Shown here: piece after piece, positions 17,459 to 27,120 of the stretch
Position numbering within the stretch: position 1 is the first letter of the stretch
Layout: each line of letters begins with the position of its first letter
IMG/VR virus record: IMGVR_UViG_3300033074_001537
From: an uncultured virus (IMG/VR IMGVR_UViG_3300033074_001537)
Lineage: Duplodnaviria > Heunggongvirae > Uroviricota > Caudoviricetes
DNA: 64,000 nucleotides
Direction: 5' to 3' (one strand)
Notes under the pieces: model-generated
Database searches by the model: none
What the model was told of the DNA's origin: nothing
The model's input: only the letters and a program-made list of their open reading frames with translations
Position numbers and translations under genes: made by a program

Positions 17459-17974
17459 TTCGTTTAAGACTTCTGCTTTTGGCTCCGGCTCGGGGGGAGC
17501 GGGGGGTTTCCAAAGGGGGGTATGCGGGGGGCGACGGCGAGCGAAGCGAGCCCGCCCCCCTATATCCCCCCTTTGGGCTGAGTGCGCGAAGCGCACCATG
17601 CACGGGCACCGCGGCGAGCGGAGCGAGCCCGTGCCCGTGCATCCTCGGCGAAGCCGAGGGTCCGATTGTCATGGTTTGGTCATAGTTTGGTCATTTTCTC
17701 ACCATCGTTCACTTTTTCCCTTGTCCGATCGCTCGGTTTCTCTTAAAACGGGGGGTAGGGGGGAGCCGGACAGAGGGCCCCGGCTTCGCCGGGGGGTGAG
17801 AGGGCGAAGCCCTCTCACCGGGCGGCTTCGCCGCCCCAATGCGAGGGGGGGCTGCTGCGCACCCCCCCTCCACCCCCCCGCTGTCCAGACTCCAGATTCA
17901 GACCATAGGGAATGGAGCTTCGCTCCATTCCCTATACACGGAAGCCCGAGGTGCGCTCAGGCTTCTTAAACGAA
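17459..17974. other. Non-coding hairpin cluster, candidate origin or ssDNA signal
   Basis: Six stems capped by GCGAAGC/GCTTCGC, G/C runs, flanked by inverted TTCGTTTAAGA copies. Confidence 0.6.
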
Positions 17975-18004
17975 CGGTATTAAACGAAAAGAATAGGCGG
18001 ATCA

Positions 18005-19189
18005 ATGGACGTGCTCGAAGTGCTCAAGGTTGCCTACTTCGCGCGGGGTGGGTCCTACGGTGACGGGCTGCCGTTGCTGTTTTGGGGCCTCCCCGGCCCC
18101 GGAAAGACCGCGATCATCGAGCAGTTCGCGAGATCGCTCGGGGTGCACTGCGAAGTGCTTTCCCCCGGCGAGCGCGGGGAGGGGGCGTTTGGCTGCGTCC
18201 CCGTCCCCGTTGGCAAGGCGAAGGATACGCGCATCGCGTATCCCGCACCGTGGTGGCTTGACGACTTCAACGACAGGCCGGGCTCCATCCTCTTCGTGGA
18301 TGAGCTTTCGTCGGCGCCCCCGGCGTTGCACCCGCCGTTGTTGGGGCTTATCCAAGCCAAACGCATCGGCGGCAGCGAGCTCCCGCGCACGACGAGGGTT
18401 TTCGCGGCTGCGAACCCCCCGGAGTGCGCCGCGGGTGGCTTCGACCTCGCGCCGCCCGTGGCGAACCGGCTGGGCCACATTCAGTGGCCCATGCCCACTG
18501 CTGAGCAGTGGGCCGACTACATGATCGGCGGCGCTTCGGGCGTGCGCCGCCCCATCGACGTGGCAGCCGCCACGTCGCTCGTGGAATCGGGCTGGGACGC
18601 CGCGTTCGCGGCGGCGTCTGCGCTGACGAGCGCGTTTGCGCGAGCGAACCCCGGCATCCTGCACAGGATGCCGACGGAAGGGAGTGCCGCGAAAGCGTGG
18701 CCCTCCCACCGCACCTGGGAGCTCGCCACGCGAGCTCTTGCGTCGGCCCGGCTGCATCGGGCGAGCGAAGAGACGAGCATCACGCTCGTCTCGGCTTTCG
18801 TTGGCGACGGCGCCGCGAGCGAATTCTTGACCTGGGCTGCCAGGCAAGACCTCCCCGACGCTGGGGAACTTCTCGACGGGCGTGCGACGTTCAAGCACGA
18901 CCCGGCGCGGGCCGACCGCACGCATGTGGTCGCGTCGGCCCTCGCGGCGACGCTCATCAGTGAGCGCGCCGACAAGGCGCGCTTCTCCGCGCGCGCCGAA
19001 AAGATGTGGGCGATCTTCGACGGCTTGGCCGTCGAAGGTGTGGACTTGATCTACGGTGCCGCGCGAGCGGCGCTACTGGCCGCCAAGAACGGCCACCCGC
19101 TCGCGCCGGCCCTGACCACGGGGACGGCTTGGATTCGGGTTATGACCAGAATCAAGCCCGCCCTCGCGGCGGCGGGCATCACCCCGTAG
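18005..19189 (+). CDS. MoxR-type AAA+ ATPase
   Basis: Walker A WGLPGPGKT, Walker B ILFVDE, sensor AAANP, PVANR, PSHRTWE. Confidence 0.9.
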   Translation: MDVLEVLKVAYFARGGSYGDGLPLLFWGLPGPGKTAIIEQFARSLGVHCEVLSPGERGEGAFGCVPVPVGKAKDTRIAYPAPWWLDDFNDRPGSILFVDELSSAPPALHPPLLGLIQAKRIGGSELPRTTRVFAAANPPECAAGGFDLAPPVANRLGHIQWPMPTAEQWADYMIGGASGVRRPIDVAAATSLVESGWDAAFAAASALTSAFARANPGILHRMPTEGSAAKAWPSHRTWELATRALASARLHRASEETSITLVSAFVGDGAASEFLTWAARQDLPDAGELLDGRATFKHDPARADRTHVVASALAATLISERADKARFSARAEKMWAIFDGLAVEGVDLIYGAARAALLAAKNGHPLAPALTTGTAWIRVMTRIKPALAAAGITP

Positions 19190-19257
19190 CGTTCGCGGTA
19201 GGGCATCGGCTTCGGTCGGTGCCTCTCCGCGAGCGCTGCGCTCGAGAAAGGAATTGA

Positions 19258-20586
19258 ATGGTCTGGAACGCGAAAAGCCCCAAGAACCTCGGGGCGAAGG
19301 AAAAGCTGACCGCAGCCAAGATCACGGTAGTTCATAAACTACCGTATCTGGCTCAGGCGGTCAGTGCGCTCGTGCTGCGCGAAGTGCCGCGCGGCACGCT
19401 CAATACTATGGCCGTGTCTCCCAACGGAGTGCTCCGTTGGGATGCGGCCGACCTCGACGAGCTGACCGTCGAACAGACGGCAGCCTCGCTCGTTCACGAG
19501 GTGTTTCACCTCTTGAACGAGCACCACCCCCGGCGCCATGCGTCGGGGATTCTCGACAGCGACGCGCCTCTGTGGAACGTCGCCGCGGACTGCGAGATTA
19601 ACGACAATCTCGCGGCTACGGGGGTCGACATGTTCAGCATGGTGACCCCGACGAGCATGGGTCAGCCCGATGGGCTGACCGCAGAGATGTACTACGCCGC
19701 TCTCAAAAAGAGCGGCCAGGGTACGCCGCAGCCCAAGCAAGGCGGCCAGAGCCAGGGCCAAGGCCAGAGTCAGCCGAAAGCCGGCAACGCCCCCAACAAG
19801 TGCGGCGGCAAGTGCGGCAGCGGCAAGTGCGGCGGTGGGGCCGGTGGCGAGCCGGCCGACGGGGAGGCCGGCGACAAGCCGGGCAGTGGTAGCGGCGCCG
19901 AGGGGCGTTCTGCGGGCGACATGAAAGCCGTGGCCGTCGCCACGGCAGCCGCAATGCAGGAAGCCGCAGCCAAACAGAAGGGGAGCGTACCCGGCGGCTG
20001 GGTGCGCTGGGCGGGCGACATGCTCGCGCCCCCCAAAGTGCGATGGCAGGACAAGCTGCGCGCGAAGGTGCGCAGCGCGGTCAACCATGCGGCCGGCATG
20101 GTTGATAAGACCTACAAACGTCCAAACCGCCGACAGGCGGGGCTCGGCTACGGGGCCGGCGCCCCCGTTCTCGCGGGCTGGCACGCGCCGCAGCCCCGCG
20201 TGATGGTCGCCCTCGACACGTCGGGGTCGATGGGTTCAGACGACTTCGAGCTCGCCATGAACGAGCTCGAAGGCATCCTCAAGGCGATGCCTGGGCGCGT
20301 CGTAGACTTCGTGGCGTGCGACGCCCAGGTGCACGCTGCGGTGCCCGTTCGCTCGTGGCGTGAGGCGAAAGCCTCGCTCCGCGGCGGCGGGGGTACATCC
20401 TTCGAGCCCGTGATGGAACACATCACGGGGCTACCGGCCGCAAAGCGGCCGCACGTTCTCGTCGTAGCCACCGATGGCTACGGCGACGACCCCCCGATCC
20501 CCCGCGACGTGCGGGTGATCTGGCTCGTCACGAGAGGCAACTACTGCTCTGCGAAGAGCGGAGAGCATGTCTACCTCGACGGGTGA
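19258..20586 (+). CDS. HExxH metallopeptidase-like domain fused to a VWA domain (DUF2201-type)
   Basis: HEVFH and WNVAADCEIN in the N-terminal domain; VWA MIDAS motifs DTSGS, GGGGT, TDG; typical MoxR partner. Confidence 0.9.
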   Translation: MVWNAKSPKNLGAKEKLTAAKITVVHKLPYLAQAVSALVLREVPRGTLNTMAVSPNGVLRWDAADLDELTVEQTAASLVHEVFHLLNEHHPRRHASGILDSDAPLWNVAADCEINDNLAATGVDMFSMVTPTSMGQPDGLTAEMYYAALKKSGQGTPQPKQGGQSQGQGQSQPKAGNAPNKCGGKCGSGKCGGGAGGEPADGEAGDKPGSGSGAEGRSAGDMKAVAVATAAAMQEAAAKQKGSVPGGWVRWAGDMLAPPKVRWQDKLRAKVRSAVNHAAGMVDKTYKRPNRRQAGLGYGAGAPVLAGWHAPQPRVMVALDTSGSMGSDDFELAMNELEGILKAMPGRVVDFVACDAQVHAAVPVRSWREAKASLRGGGGTSFEPVMEHITGLPAAKRPHVLVVATDGYGDDPPIPRDVRVIWLVTRGNYCSAKSGEHVYLDG

Positions 20587-21034
20587 TGTCACAGCACGCG
20601 TGCACTTGCTCGGCGTGCTGTACTCTTCGACGCACCGCACGCTCCCCTGTGCGTGCGTCGAAGAGTTTTCCATCACGGTGAGGCCCGGTGCGCCGCGCAT
20701 CCCCGTGCGGTACACGAGCTTCAACGCGCAGTGCCCGCTCGCGGGGCAAGACCACCGAAGCGGGTGGTTTTCCGTAGGGAGCGGGGCGAACCGCGGGTCA
20801 GCGCGCCGTGTTCTGAACGACACCGTGGGCTCGCTCGTGGTCGTGATGACTACGGAAATCTTCGTGGGCTGGTCCCACTTCATGCACGCGAGCAAGCGCA
20901 GCTCAAACTTCTACCTCGCGTTCACCAAGATGCTCCCCGGCATCTACGCAGATCGAATCAAAGCACCAACGAGGCGGGCGATCCGCGACGAACTCGACGC
21001 GCGGATCGACGCAGCATTAATAGCCTGTCTGTAA
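20567..21034 (+). CDS. Hypothetical protein (loose match to the C-terminal motif family)
   Basis: Overlaps the VWA gene end; ends DARIDAALIACL. Confidence 0.65.
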   Translation: MSTSTGDVTARVHLLGVLYSSTHRTLPCACVEEFSITVRPGAPRIPVRYTSFNAQCPLAGQDHRSGWFSVGSGANRGSARRVLNDTVGSLVVVMTTEIFVGWSHFMHASKRSSNFYLAFTKMLPGIYADRIKAPTRRAIRDELDARIDAALIACL

Positions 21035-21049
21035 GAAAAGAGGAATCAC

Positions 21050-21919
21050 ATGGAAAAGCTGACGATCGTAGACGGTGGGGCGACCACGGGCGTTGTGACC
21101 TACTGGCAGCTGGCGGGGCGCACGGAGCGCACCCGTCTGGAAGCGGCCTGGATGAAGGCCGGCCTGGACATGGCGGCGCTGCCGCCCGTCACTACGCCCC
21201 GCACGGCGCTCCAACGCGCGCTCGCAGAGTTTGCGGACAAAGATACGCTGGTCCGGCCGTCCGAGGATCCACACACCTTCGCGGTGCTCAAGCGGGAGAA
21301 GGACTCCCGAGGAAAGCCCGTCTTCGTCACGCAGTGGGAGGCGCGGCTGGCGTCTCCCGACACCGACGACCCCGTCTGCGTGCTCCCCGACGGGGCGGAT
21401 GTCTCCGAGGAAACCGCGGAGACGGTCGTGCTCGCGTTCCGCCGCGAGCTGCGCACGATCCACCACCACGACATCTCGTCGTGGCTGGTGGAGTGGGCTC
21501 GCCGCTGCCACGCCGTTTCGCTCCGAGACTCGGGCGGCTTCTACTACATCCCCAACACGCACGCGGCGACATGGCGTGCTGTCGGCGACGCGCTGGGCAG
21601 CGCGTCGCGATCGAAGGTCTATGAGATCGCTGCGATGGCTGGCGACAAGGCGGCGGAAGCCGTCCTCGACGCCCTCACGCGCGAAGTACGCACCGTCGTC
21701 GAGGGCATCGACGAGAAGCTGGGCGACGTAGGCGTCCGCGCCCTCAAGGGGCGCGAGCGCGAGCTCGCAGCCTACGAGGCCAAGGTGGCCTCGTTCGAGT
21801 CGGCCCTCGGGGTGAAGCTGGACGCGCTCCGCGGGCAGCTCACCGAGCTCGGTGGCCGTGTGGCTGTGGCGGTGATGGCCGCCGAAGCCAACACCGGGTT
21901 CAGCGGCCTGGGTCTGTAG
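21050..21919 (+). CDS. Hypothetical protein with C-terminal coiled coil
   Basis: AAGAGGA RBS; strongly GC3-biased codons; LRDSGGFYYIP. Confidence 0.8.
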   Translation: MEKLTIVDGGATTGVVTYWQLAGRTERTRLEAAWMKAGLDMAALPPVTTPRTALQRALAEFADKDTLVRPSEDPHTFAVLKREKDSRGKPVFVTQWEARLASPDTDDPVCVLPDGADVSEETAETVVLAFRRELRTIHHHDISSWLVEWARRCHAVSLRDSGGFYYIPNTHAATWRAVGDALGSASRSKVYEIAAMAGDKAAEAVLDALTREVRTVVEGIDEKLGDVGVRALKGRERELAAYEAKVASFESALGVKLDALRGQLTELGGRVAVAVMAAEANTGFSGLGL

Positions 21920-21922
21920 CAT

Positions 21923-21955
21923 CGGGGTGCCCTATGGCACCCCGGCTTCTCTTTT
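21923..21955 (+). terminator. Probable Rho-independent terminator
   Basis: cggggtgcc-ctat-ggcaccccg followed by a T-rich tract. Confidence 0.65.
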
Positions 21956-21992
21956 AGACTTCTGAATATCCAAGGAGAGCCTATGAAAGCCT

Positions 21993-22586
21993 ATGAAAGC
22001 GTGGACGTGGCGTGACTTAGAGAGCGGCGTGGTCTTCGACCCAACCGAGACAGGCTGGCTCCCCATGCAGCTAGCCGAACAATTTAATGCTACCAAGTGG
22101 GGCACAGTGCGCCGCGCGTACGATCGCATCCTGAACTCACCAGTCGGGGAGGGCTTGATGTTCGTGCAAACCCGTGGGTTCGCGTGCACTCGGCTGATGA
22201 CCGCGATGTACATGAATGAGGACGGCTGCAAGCGAGTTCTCAAGATGCAGCCCGACGACCTCGCGCGGTTTTATCAGACGAAGCCAGAGTGGTATCGAGC
22301 CTGCCGCACGGATGAGCCCTTGTGGGGGCACATCGTCGGCGCGCTGTACGGCGACACCTATGCGGATGTGGTCATGCGCCGCGTGCCGTGCATGGCGGGA
22401 ATGTACCGATCGGTACTCCCCATCGCGTGGCATACAAGGCTAACTGATCTCTACGCGCCCGATCGCACCACCCTGAGCGTGGTGTTCGCGTCGGTGTTTG
22501 GTCGAGCGAACCCGAGCCGCACACAGGTTGCGGAGTGGCTAGGTGCATCCTACGCCGCATGGAGCATGACCCGTGAAGTGGGATGA
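21993..22586 (+). CDS. Hypothetical protein (C-terminal motif family)
   Basis: AAGGAG upstream; 10-bp duplication agcctatgaa at the start; ends GASYAAWSMTREVG. Confidence 0.7.
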   Translation: MKAWTWRDLESGVVFDPTETGWLPMQLAEQFNATKWGTVRRAYDRILNSPVGEGLMFVQTRGFACTRLMTAMYMNEDGCKRVLKMQPDDLARFYQTKPEWYRACRTDEPLWGHIVGALYGDTYADVVMRRVPCMAGMYRSVLPIAWHTRLTDLYAPDRTTLSVVFASVFGRANPSRTQVAEWLGASYAAWSMTREVG

Positions 22587-23109
22587 GCTGAAAATCAACG
22601 GAGCAGTGGTAGTCGGGGAGAAGTACCTGAGCAGTGTATGCCCCGACCACTACGACTTTGGCTGGCGTCGGAACAACCGAATCGTCAAACCAACCGTAGA
22701 CTTCCGCGAAATCCAGATCATCACGGCGTTCGACTTCCCGCAAGAGCTGTCGGACGAAATCCTGCTGATGACGCCTGATGAGTTCGCGGAGTTTATCGCT
22801 GCCAAGCCGCGAATCAGGCTCCCCGATACAGATGAAGTGCTCGTCGATGGATTCCACGGAAGGTATGACATCTTCGCAGAGATCGTAACCTTCCGGCTAC
22901 GCACCTCGGGGTATGTGCTGCTCGCACTACACCCGCTCGGCGACCTCCCACTGACAGCCACCGGGGCGAGTGTCTGGCAGTACACGCCAGAGCAAGTGCG
23001 GGAGGCATGTTTGTTCTGGACGGGGAAGCCCGAACCGGGGCCGATGGAGCTGGAGAACGCCATGCGCGAGCGGTGGCACGTCGTGCGCGGCTTGTTGGTG
23101 GCGGAATGA
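22573..23109 (+). CDS. Hypothetical protein
   Basis: Overlapping ORF in the operon. Confidence 0.7.
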   Translation: MKWDELKINGAVVVGEKYLSSVCPDHYDFGWRRNNRIVKPTVDFREIQIITAFDFPQELSDEILLMTPDEFAEFIAAKPRIRLPDTDEVLVDGFHGRYDIFAEIVTFRLRTSGYVLLALHPLGDLPLTATGASVWQYTPEQVREACLFWTGKPEPGPMELENAMRERWHVVRGLLVAE

Positions 23110-23444
23110 AGAAACCGAGCCTTCACCTCCGTGCGTTCGCTGAGCTCAAGACAACAGACGTGGATGGGCTCGTCAAGTGCCTTGAGCCGAACATCCATCG
23201 TATGTCCCGCGTCATCCGTGCCAACAAGTACATCAACGACTTGCCTGCCGCGAACAACAACGGTTTGACCGTGCACCTCAGCATGTACGGGGCGCTTATC
23301 TACAAAATCGTAGACGAGCCGCTTGCCCGTCAGTGGGTTGCTGAGTTTCACAACATCGACAAGCAAGAGGTGGTAGACTCCTGGGAGTACCTGTACTGGT
23401 ACTACGATGAAATCCTACCCGTGATCCAAGCAATCACACAGTGA
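23106..23444 (+). CDS. Hypothetical protein (C-terminal motif family)
   Basis: ATGA overlap at 23106 (MKKPSL); ends EILPVIQAITQ. Confidence 0.7.
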   Translation: MKKPSLHLRAFAELKTTDVDGLVKCLEPNIHRMSRVIRANKYINDLPAANNNGLTVHLSMYGALIYKIVDEPLARQWVAEFHNIDKQEVVDSWEYLYWYYDEILPVIQAITQ

Positions 23445-23451
23445 GCGTGAA

Positions 23452-23976
23452 GTGAACCAAACAATCGTGGACGTGCTCAACGAAGCCGCACGACGGTACA
23501 ACCGCGTGTGGTGGGCAAACGCAATGGAGCTCACTCAAGCCGCGTGGCCCGACGTGCTCGTGGCCAGCCGTCGGTTCGACCCGGCCCGCGGCGACTACCG
23601 CGGTCTGCTGTACCACGTCGCCGTGCGGGCAATGGCGCGGTACCTGCGCTCGATGAGTGCCCCGGTGAGCGGGGACGTGTGGCGCAAGGGGAGGCTCGAC
23701 GGGATTCTTAGAGAACCCGTCGAAGACGATTCTTTAACACTTGACGCCGCGCCCGAGCGGGTCGAATGTGTCGCGCGGGTTCGCGCCCGCGTCGAGGAAG
23801 TCCTCGGAGAAGAGGCGCCGTTCGCAGTGCGTTTGCTAACGCGCGAGAGCACGGCACAAGAGATTGCCGACGAGGCGGGTGTATCCACCAGTCTCGTATA
23901 CAAGTGGACGATGGTGTGGCGTCGTGTTCTCAAGCACGACGCCGAGCTCCGTCTGCTGTGGGAGGAGTCCGACTGA
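23452..23976 (+). CDS. Small sigma70-family (ECF-like) sigma factor
   Basis: Region 2-like ELTQAAW...RRFDPARG; region 4 HTH TAQEIADEAGVSTSLV. Confidence 0.75.
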   Translation: MNQTIVDVLNEAARRYNRVWWANAMELTQAAWPDVLVASRRFDPARGDYRGLLYHVAVRAMARYLRSMSAPVSGDVWRKGRLDGILREPVEDDSLTLDAAPERVECVARVRARVEEVLGEEAPFAVRLLTRESTAQEIADEAGVSTSLVYKWTMVWRRVLKHDAELRLLWEESD

Positions 23977-24602
23977 TGGACATGGAACTCAAGACGATTA
24001 CGGCTGCCGAGCTCCGCAGGCAGCCGGTGAACCCGAACGAGATGTCGAGCGACGAGCTCGTCATGCTCCAGAAGTCGATCAAGCGCTTCGGCATGATCGA
24101 CCCTGTCATCGTGCAGCCCAACGAAGACGGGCTGACGTATGACATTCTCGACGGGCACCACCGACTCGAAGCCGCCATCGCGAACGGCATCGTCGGGATT
24201 CCGTGTGTCGTCGTGGGCGGCTACATGCCCGACGAGATCAACGCGCTTCAACTCGCGTTGAACAAGAACCGCGGGCACATCCGACTCGACACTGCGGAGA
24301 CGATCCTCCGCGAGCTGGCGAGTATGGGATGGGAGCGCACGGAGCTCGCGGTGACGGGGTTCAGCGACGACGAGCTCTCGCGCCTGCTCGATGACGCCGT
24401 CGAGCAGACTGCGAAGGCAGCGAAGGCGGTGTCGGTCGAAGCTCCTGCGGCCGAAGACAGACCCTTCACCCTGGAGCTCAAGTTCCACACACAAGAGCAG
24501 CTCCGCGCGGTGCGCAAGGCGCTCAAGCGGTCGAGCGGAGAGCTCAAGGACGAAAGCCTCGGCATGTTGAACATGCTCGGGCTTCTGGAGGATGGACGAT
24601 GA
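23976..24602 (+). CDS. ParB/Srx N-terminal domain protein
   Basis: NPN...SIKRFGMIDPVIV...ILDGHHR...LALNK. Confidence 0.88.
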   Translation: MDMELKTITAAELRRQPVNPNEMSSDELVMLQKSIKRFGMIDPVIVQPNEDGLTYDILDGHHRLEAAIANGIVGIPCVVVGGYMPDEINALQLALNKNRGHIRLDTAETILRELASMGWERTELAVTGFSDDELSRLLDDAVEQTAKAAKAVSVEAPAAEDRPFTLELKFHTQEQLRAVRKALKRSSGELKDESLGMLNMLGLLEDGR

Positions 24603-24907
24603 CGACGGAAGTGGTGAAGACGCGGCACGCCCGCAAGTACAAGCGGCGCACCTCGAAGGCCGACGACGCGTGGCTCTTGCGTGGGTACATCAACCCGTCG
24701 CGGGTGAGCGAGCTCCTCGGCCTGACGGCCCCGACGGTCTACCGCTGGGGGGCGCTCGGGTATGTGAAGGTCGTCGAAGACGGGCGACGCCGCTTCTTCG
24801 ACGTGGCATCGCTGCGTGCATATCTGGCGGACGAGAGCCAGACCGCACTGATCGACGCCCACATTCGCGAGCGCAAGGCACAGCTCCTCGACGAGCTGGA
24901 CACCTAG
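24599..24907 (+). CDS. HTH DNA-binding protein (excisionase-like)
   Basis: VSELLGLTAPTVYRWGALG. Confidence 0.7.
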   Translation: MTTEVVKTRHARKYKRRTSKADDAWLLRGYINPSRVSELLGLTAPTVYRWGALGYVKVVEDGRRRFFDVASLRAYLADESQTALIDAHIRERKAQLLDELDT

Positions 24908-24908
24908 C

Positions 24909-26354
24909 GTGTGGATCGAGGTGGACAACGTCGTCGCGCGGGTCAGCAAGATCAGCGACGACGAGGCGCACTGGCTGTACAACTTCCTCGTACTGCCGGT
25001 GAACGGCTTTCGTGCGCGGTACCTGGGCGGCCAGCAAGGCGAGCCCTTGTACAACGTGCGCGCGCAGTGCTTCCCGTCAGGGTTGCTCGGCGTGGTCATG
25101 CGCGGCGCGCGTGCCGAGAGCATCGAGGTGAACGTGCGCGACAAGCGCAAGCCGCCTGGGAAGCACGACCACAAGGCGGACCTGTCGTGGCTGCGCGACT
25201 ACCAGCATGAGGCCGTCGAGCGGTGCTTCGTAAAGCACCGCGGCATCATCAAGGTAGGCACGGGCGGCGGCAAGACGGAGATCATCGCAGCGCTCGCAGC
25301 GCTCTACCCCGTCGAGTGGGATTTTCTCGTGCACCGCGCGAGCCTTCTCGACGAGATCGCCACGCGCATCGAGCGCCGCATCGGGGAGCCGGTAGGCCGC
25401 TTTGGTGACGGCCGGCGGACCTTCGAGCGCGTGAACGTCGTGATGTTTCAGTCGCTCCACAAGGCGCTCTGTCAGAAAGACAGCCGCGCCTTGGCGCACG
25501 TCAAGAGCGTACGCGGCATGGGCATCGACGAAGTGCACGTCGCCGCGAGCAAGACGTTCTTGCAGACCGCGCAGGCGTACAGCGGGGCGTACTACCGCTT
25601 CGGGTTCAGCGGCACGCCGCTCGACCGCAGCGATGAGCGCAACCTCGCAGTGATCGGCGCGACGGGCGACGTGATTTACCGCCTCGACTCCGCGCAGCTT
25701 GTCGAGCACGGCGCCATCGCCCGGCCGACCATTCACCTTGTGCGTATCCCGGTGCCGCGCATCGGCGGCTACAAGGCGATGAACATGATGCAGTTCTCGC
25801 GGCAGTGGGCGCAGTCGTACGACGCGGTCATGGCGTCGCAAGAACGGATGAAGGTGCTCGTCAGCACGGTGCAGCAGGCGCCCAAGCCGTGCCTGACTTT
25901 CGTGAGGAGCATCGACCACGGGCGTGAGGTAGTGCGCGCGCTACGCAAGGCGGGGGTCGCGGCAGACTTCGTCTTCGGACAGCGCGACACGCACGCACGA
26001 GCCAGCGCGGTCAAGGCGCTCGTCAACGGCGACCTCGATGTGCTGGTCGCGAACATCGTGTTTCAAGAGGGCGTGGACATCCCGTCGCTCCAGTCCCTCG
26101 TCATGGCCGGTGCGAACAAGAGCACCATCGGCACCCTCCAGTCGCTCGGGCGCGCGCTGCGCCGAACCGACTCCAACAACGTAGTCGTGAAGGATGAAGT
26201 GCCGGTTTACGACATCGCGGACACGCACTGCGGGTGCAAGCGCACCGAGGGTGGGTACACGATGTACGACCACAACACTTGCAAGTGGTTCGACCAGCAC
26301 ACGTCTGCGCGTGTGAAGGACTACCGCAAGGCCGGTCATACTGTGAAGGAGTGA
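24909..26354 (+). CDS. Superfamily 2 helicase (UvsW/XPB-like)
   Basis: LRDYQ, GTGGGKT, DEVH, SGT, EGVDIP, QSLGRALR. Confidence 0.92.
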   Translation: MWIEVDNVVARVSKISDDEAHWLYNFLVLPVNGFRARYLGGQQGEPLYNVRAQCFPSGLLGVVMRGARAESIEVNVRDKRKPPGKHDHKADLSWLRDYQHEAVERCFVKHRGIIKVGTGGGKTEIIAALAALYPVEWDFLVHRASLLDEIATRIERRIGEPVGRFGDGRRTFERVNVVMFQSLHKALCQKDSRALAHVKSVRGMGIDEVHVAASKTFLQTAQAYSGAYYRFGFSGTPLDRSDERNLAVIGATGDVIYRLDSAQLVEHGAIARPTIHLVRIPVPRIGGYKAMNMMQFSRQWAQSYDAVMASQERMKVLVSTVQQAPKPCLTFVRSIDHGREVVRALRKAGVAADFVFGQRDTHARASAVKALVNGDLDVLVANIVFQEGVDIPSLQSLVMAGANKSTIGTLQSLGRALRRTDSNNVVVKDEVPVYDIADTHCGCKRTEGGYTMYDHNTCKWFDQHTSARVKDYRKAGHTVKE

Positions 26355-26355
26355 G

Positions 26356-27120
26356 ATGATTGACTTGAACCAGCCTTTGATTGGCGGCGCGCCCGTCCGG
26401 CGGGTTATGCCGTGGGGGCTCATCACGGTGACGTGGCAGGGTGTGTTTCCACGAGAGCCGGGCCCGTGGCTCTACACGCAGCTCCCGCGTCCCCCGGTGC
26501 TCAGGGCAACCAACACCGACGAGCAGAACGCACAGCTCGTCGCGACTGCGCTCCGCACGACCTACGAGTATGTGCACCCAATTCGTGCACGCTCCGTGAA
26601 GGCGGAGCTGGGGTACAGCCGCAGGCGCGCGGTGGGGTCGCTCGACGTGTACCCGCAGCTCGTCGAGTTCGCACAGCACGCGCTACGGCGAACGTGCGCC
26701 CCGCACGAGTGGTTCTACTGGAGCCTCGCTGTGTGGAGCAACCACGTCCGCGCGAAGAGCAGCGAGGTGTCCATCTTCCCACGCATGGACTGGATGCTGC
26801 GCGCGTCGCGCATCGGCACCGACAAGACGTGGGCGTGGTTCAAGCACGACCTGCGCAAGATGGGCGGCCAGATCGTGCTCGCCGCGGAGGCGCGGCTGTA
26901 CGCCGAGCGCTTTCAGCAGATGCAGGCGCGCGTGCAGGCTGTCGCAGACCACGGCGCCGCCAAGTCGGTTGTGGTCGCGGCGGCCAACGACGGGCCGTGC
27001 ACGCTGGAGCAACTACGCGCGATGGCCCCCAAGGCAGAGCGCGCCGCCAGGGAGCTCCACGCAGACCTACAGGCGCGCTACGACGCGTTCGAGTTCTTGA
27101 AGGAGTGGGCAAGTGGCTGA
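26356..27120 (+). CDS. Hypothetical replication-region protein
   Basis: Fills the gap between the two helicases. Confidence 0.7.
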   Translation: MIDLNQPLIGGAPVRRVMPWGLITVTWQGVFPREPGPWLYTQLPRPPVLRATNTDEQNAQLVATALRTTYEYVHPIRARSVKAELGYSRRRAVGSLDVYPQLVEFAQHALRRTCAPHEWFYWSLAVWSNHVRAKSSEVSIFPRMDWMLRASRIGTDKTWAWFKHDLRKMGGQIVLAAEARLYAERFQQMQARVQAVADHGAAKSVVVAAANDGPCTLEQLRAMAPKAERAARELHADLQARYDAFEFLKEWASG

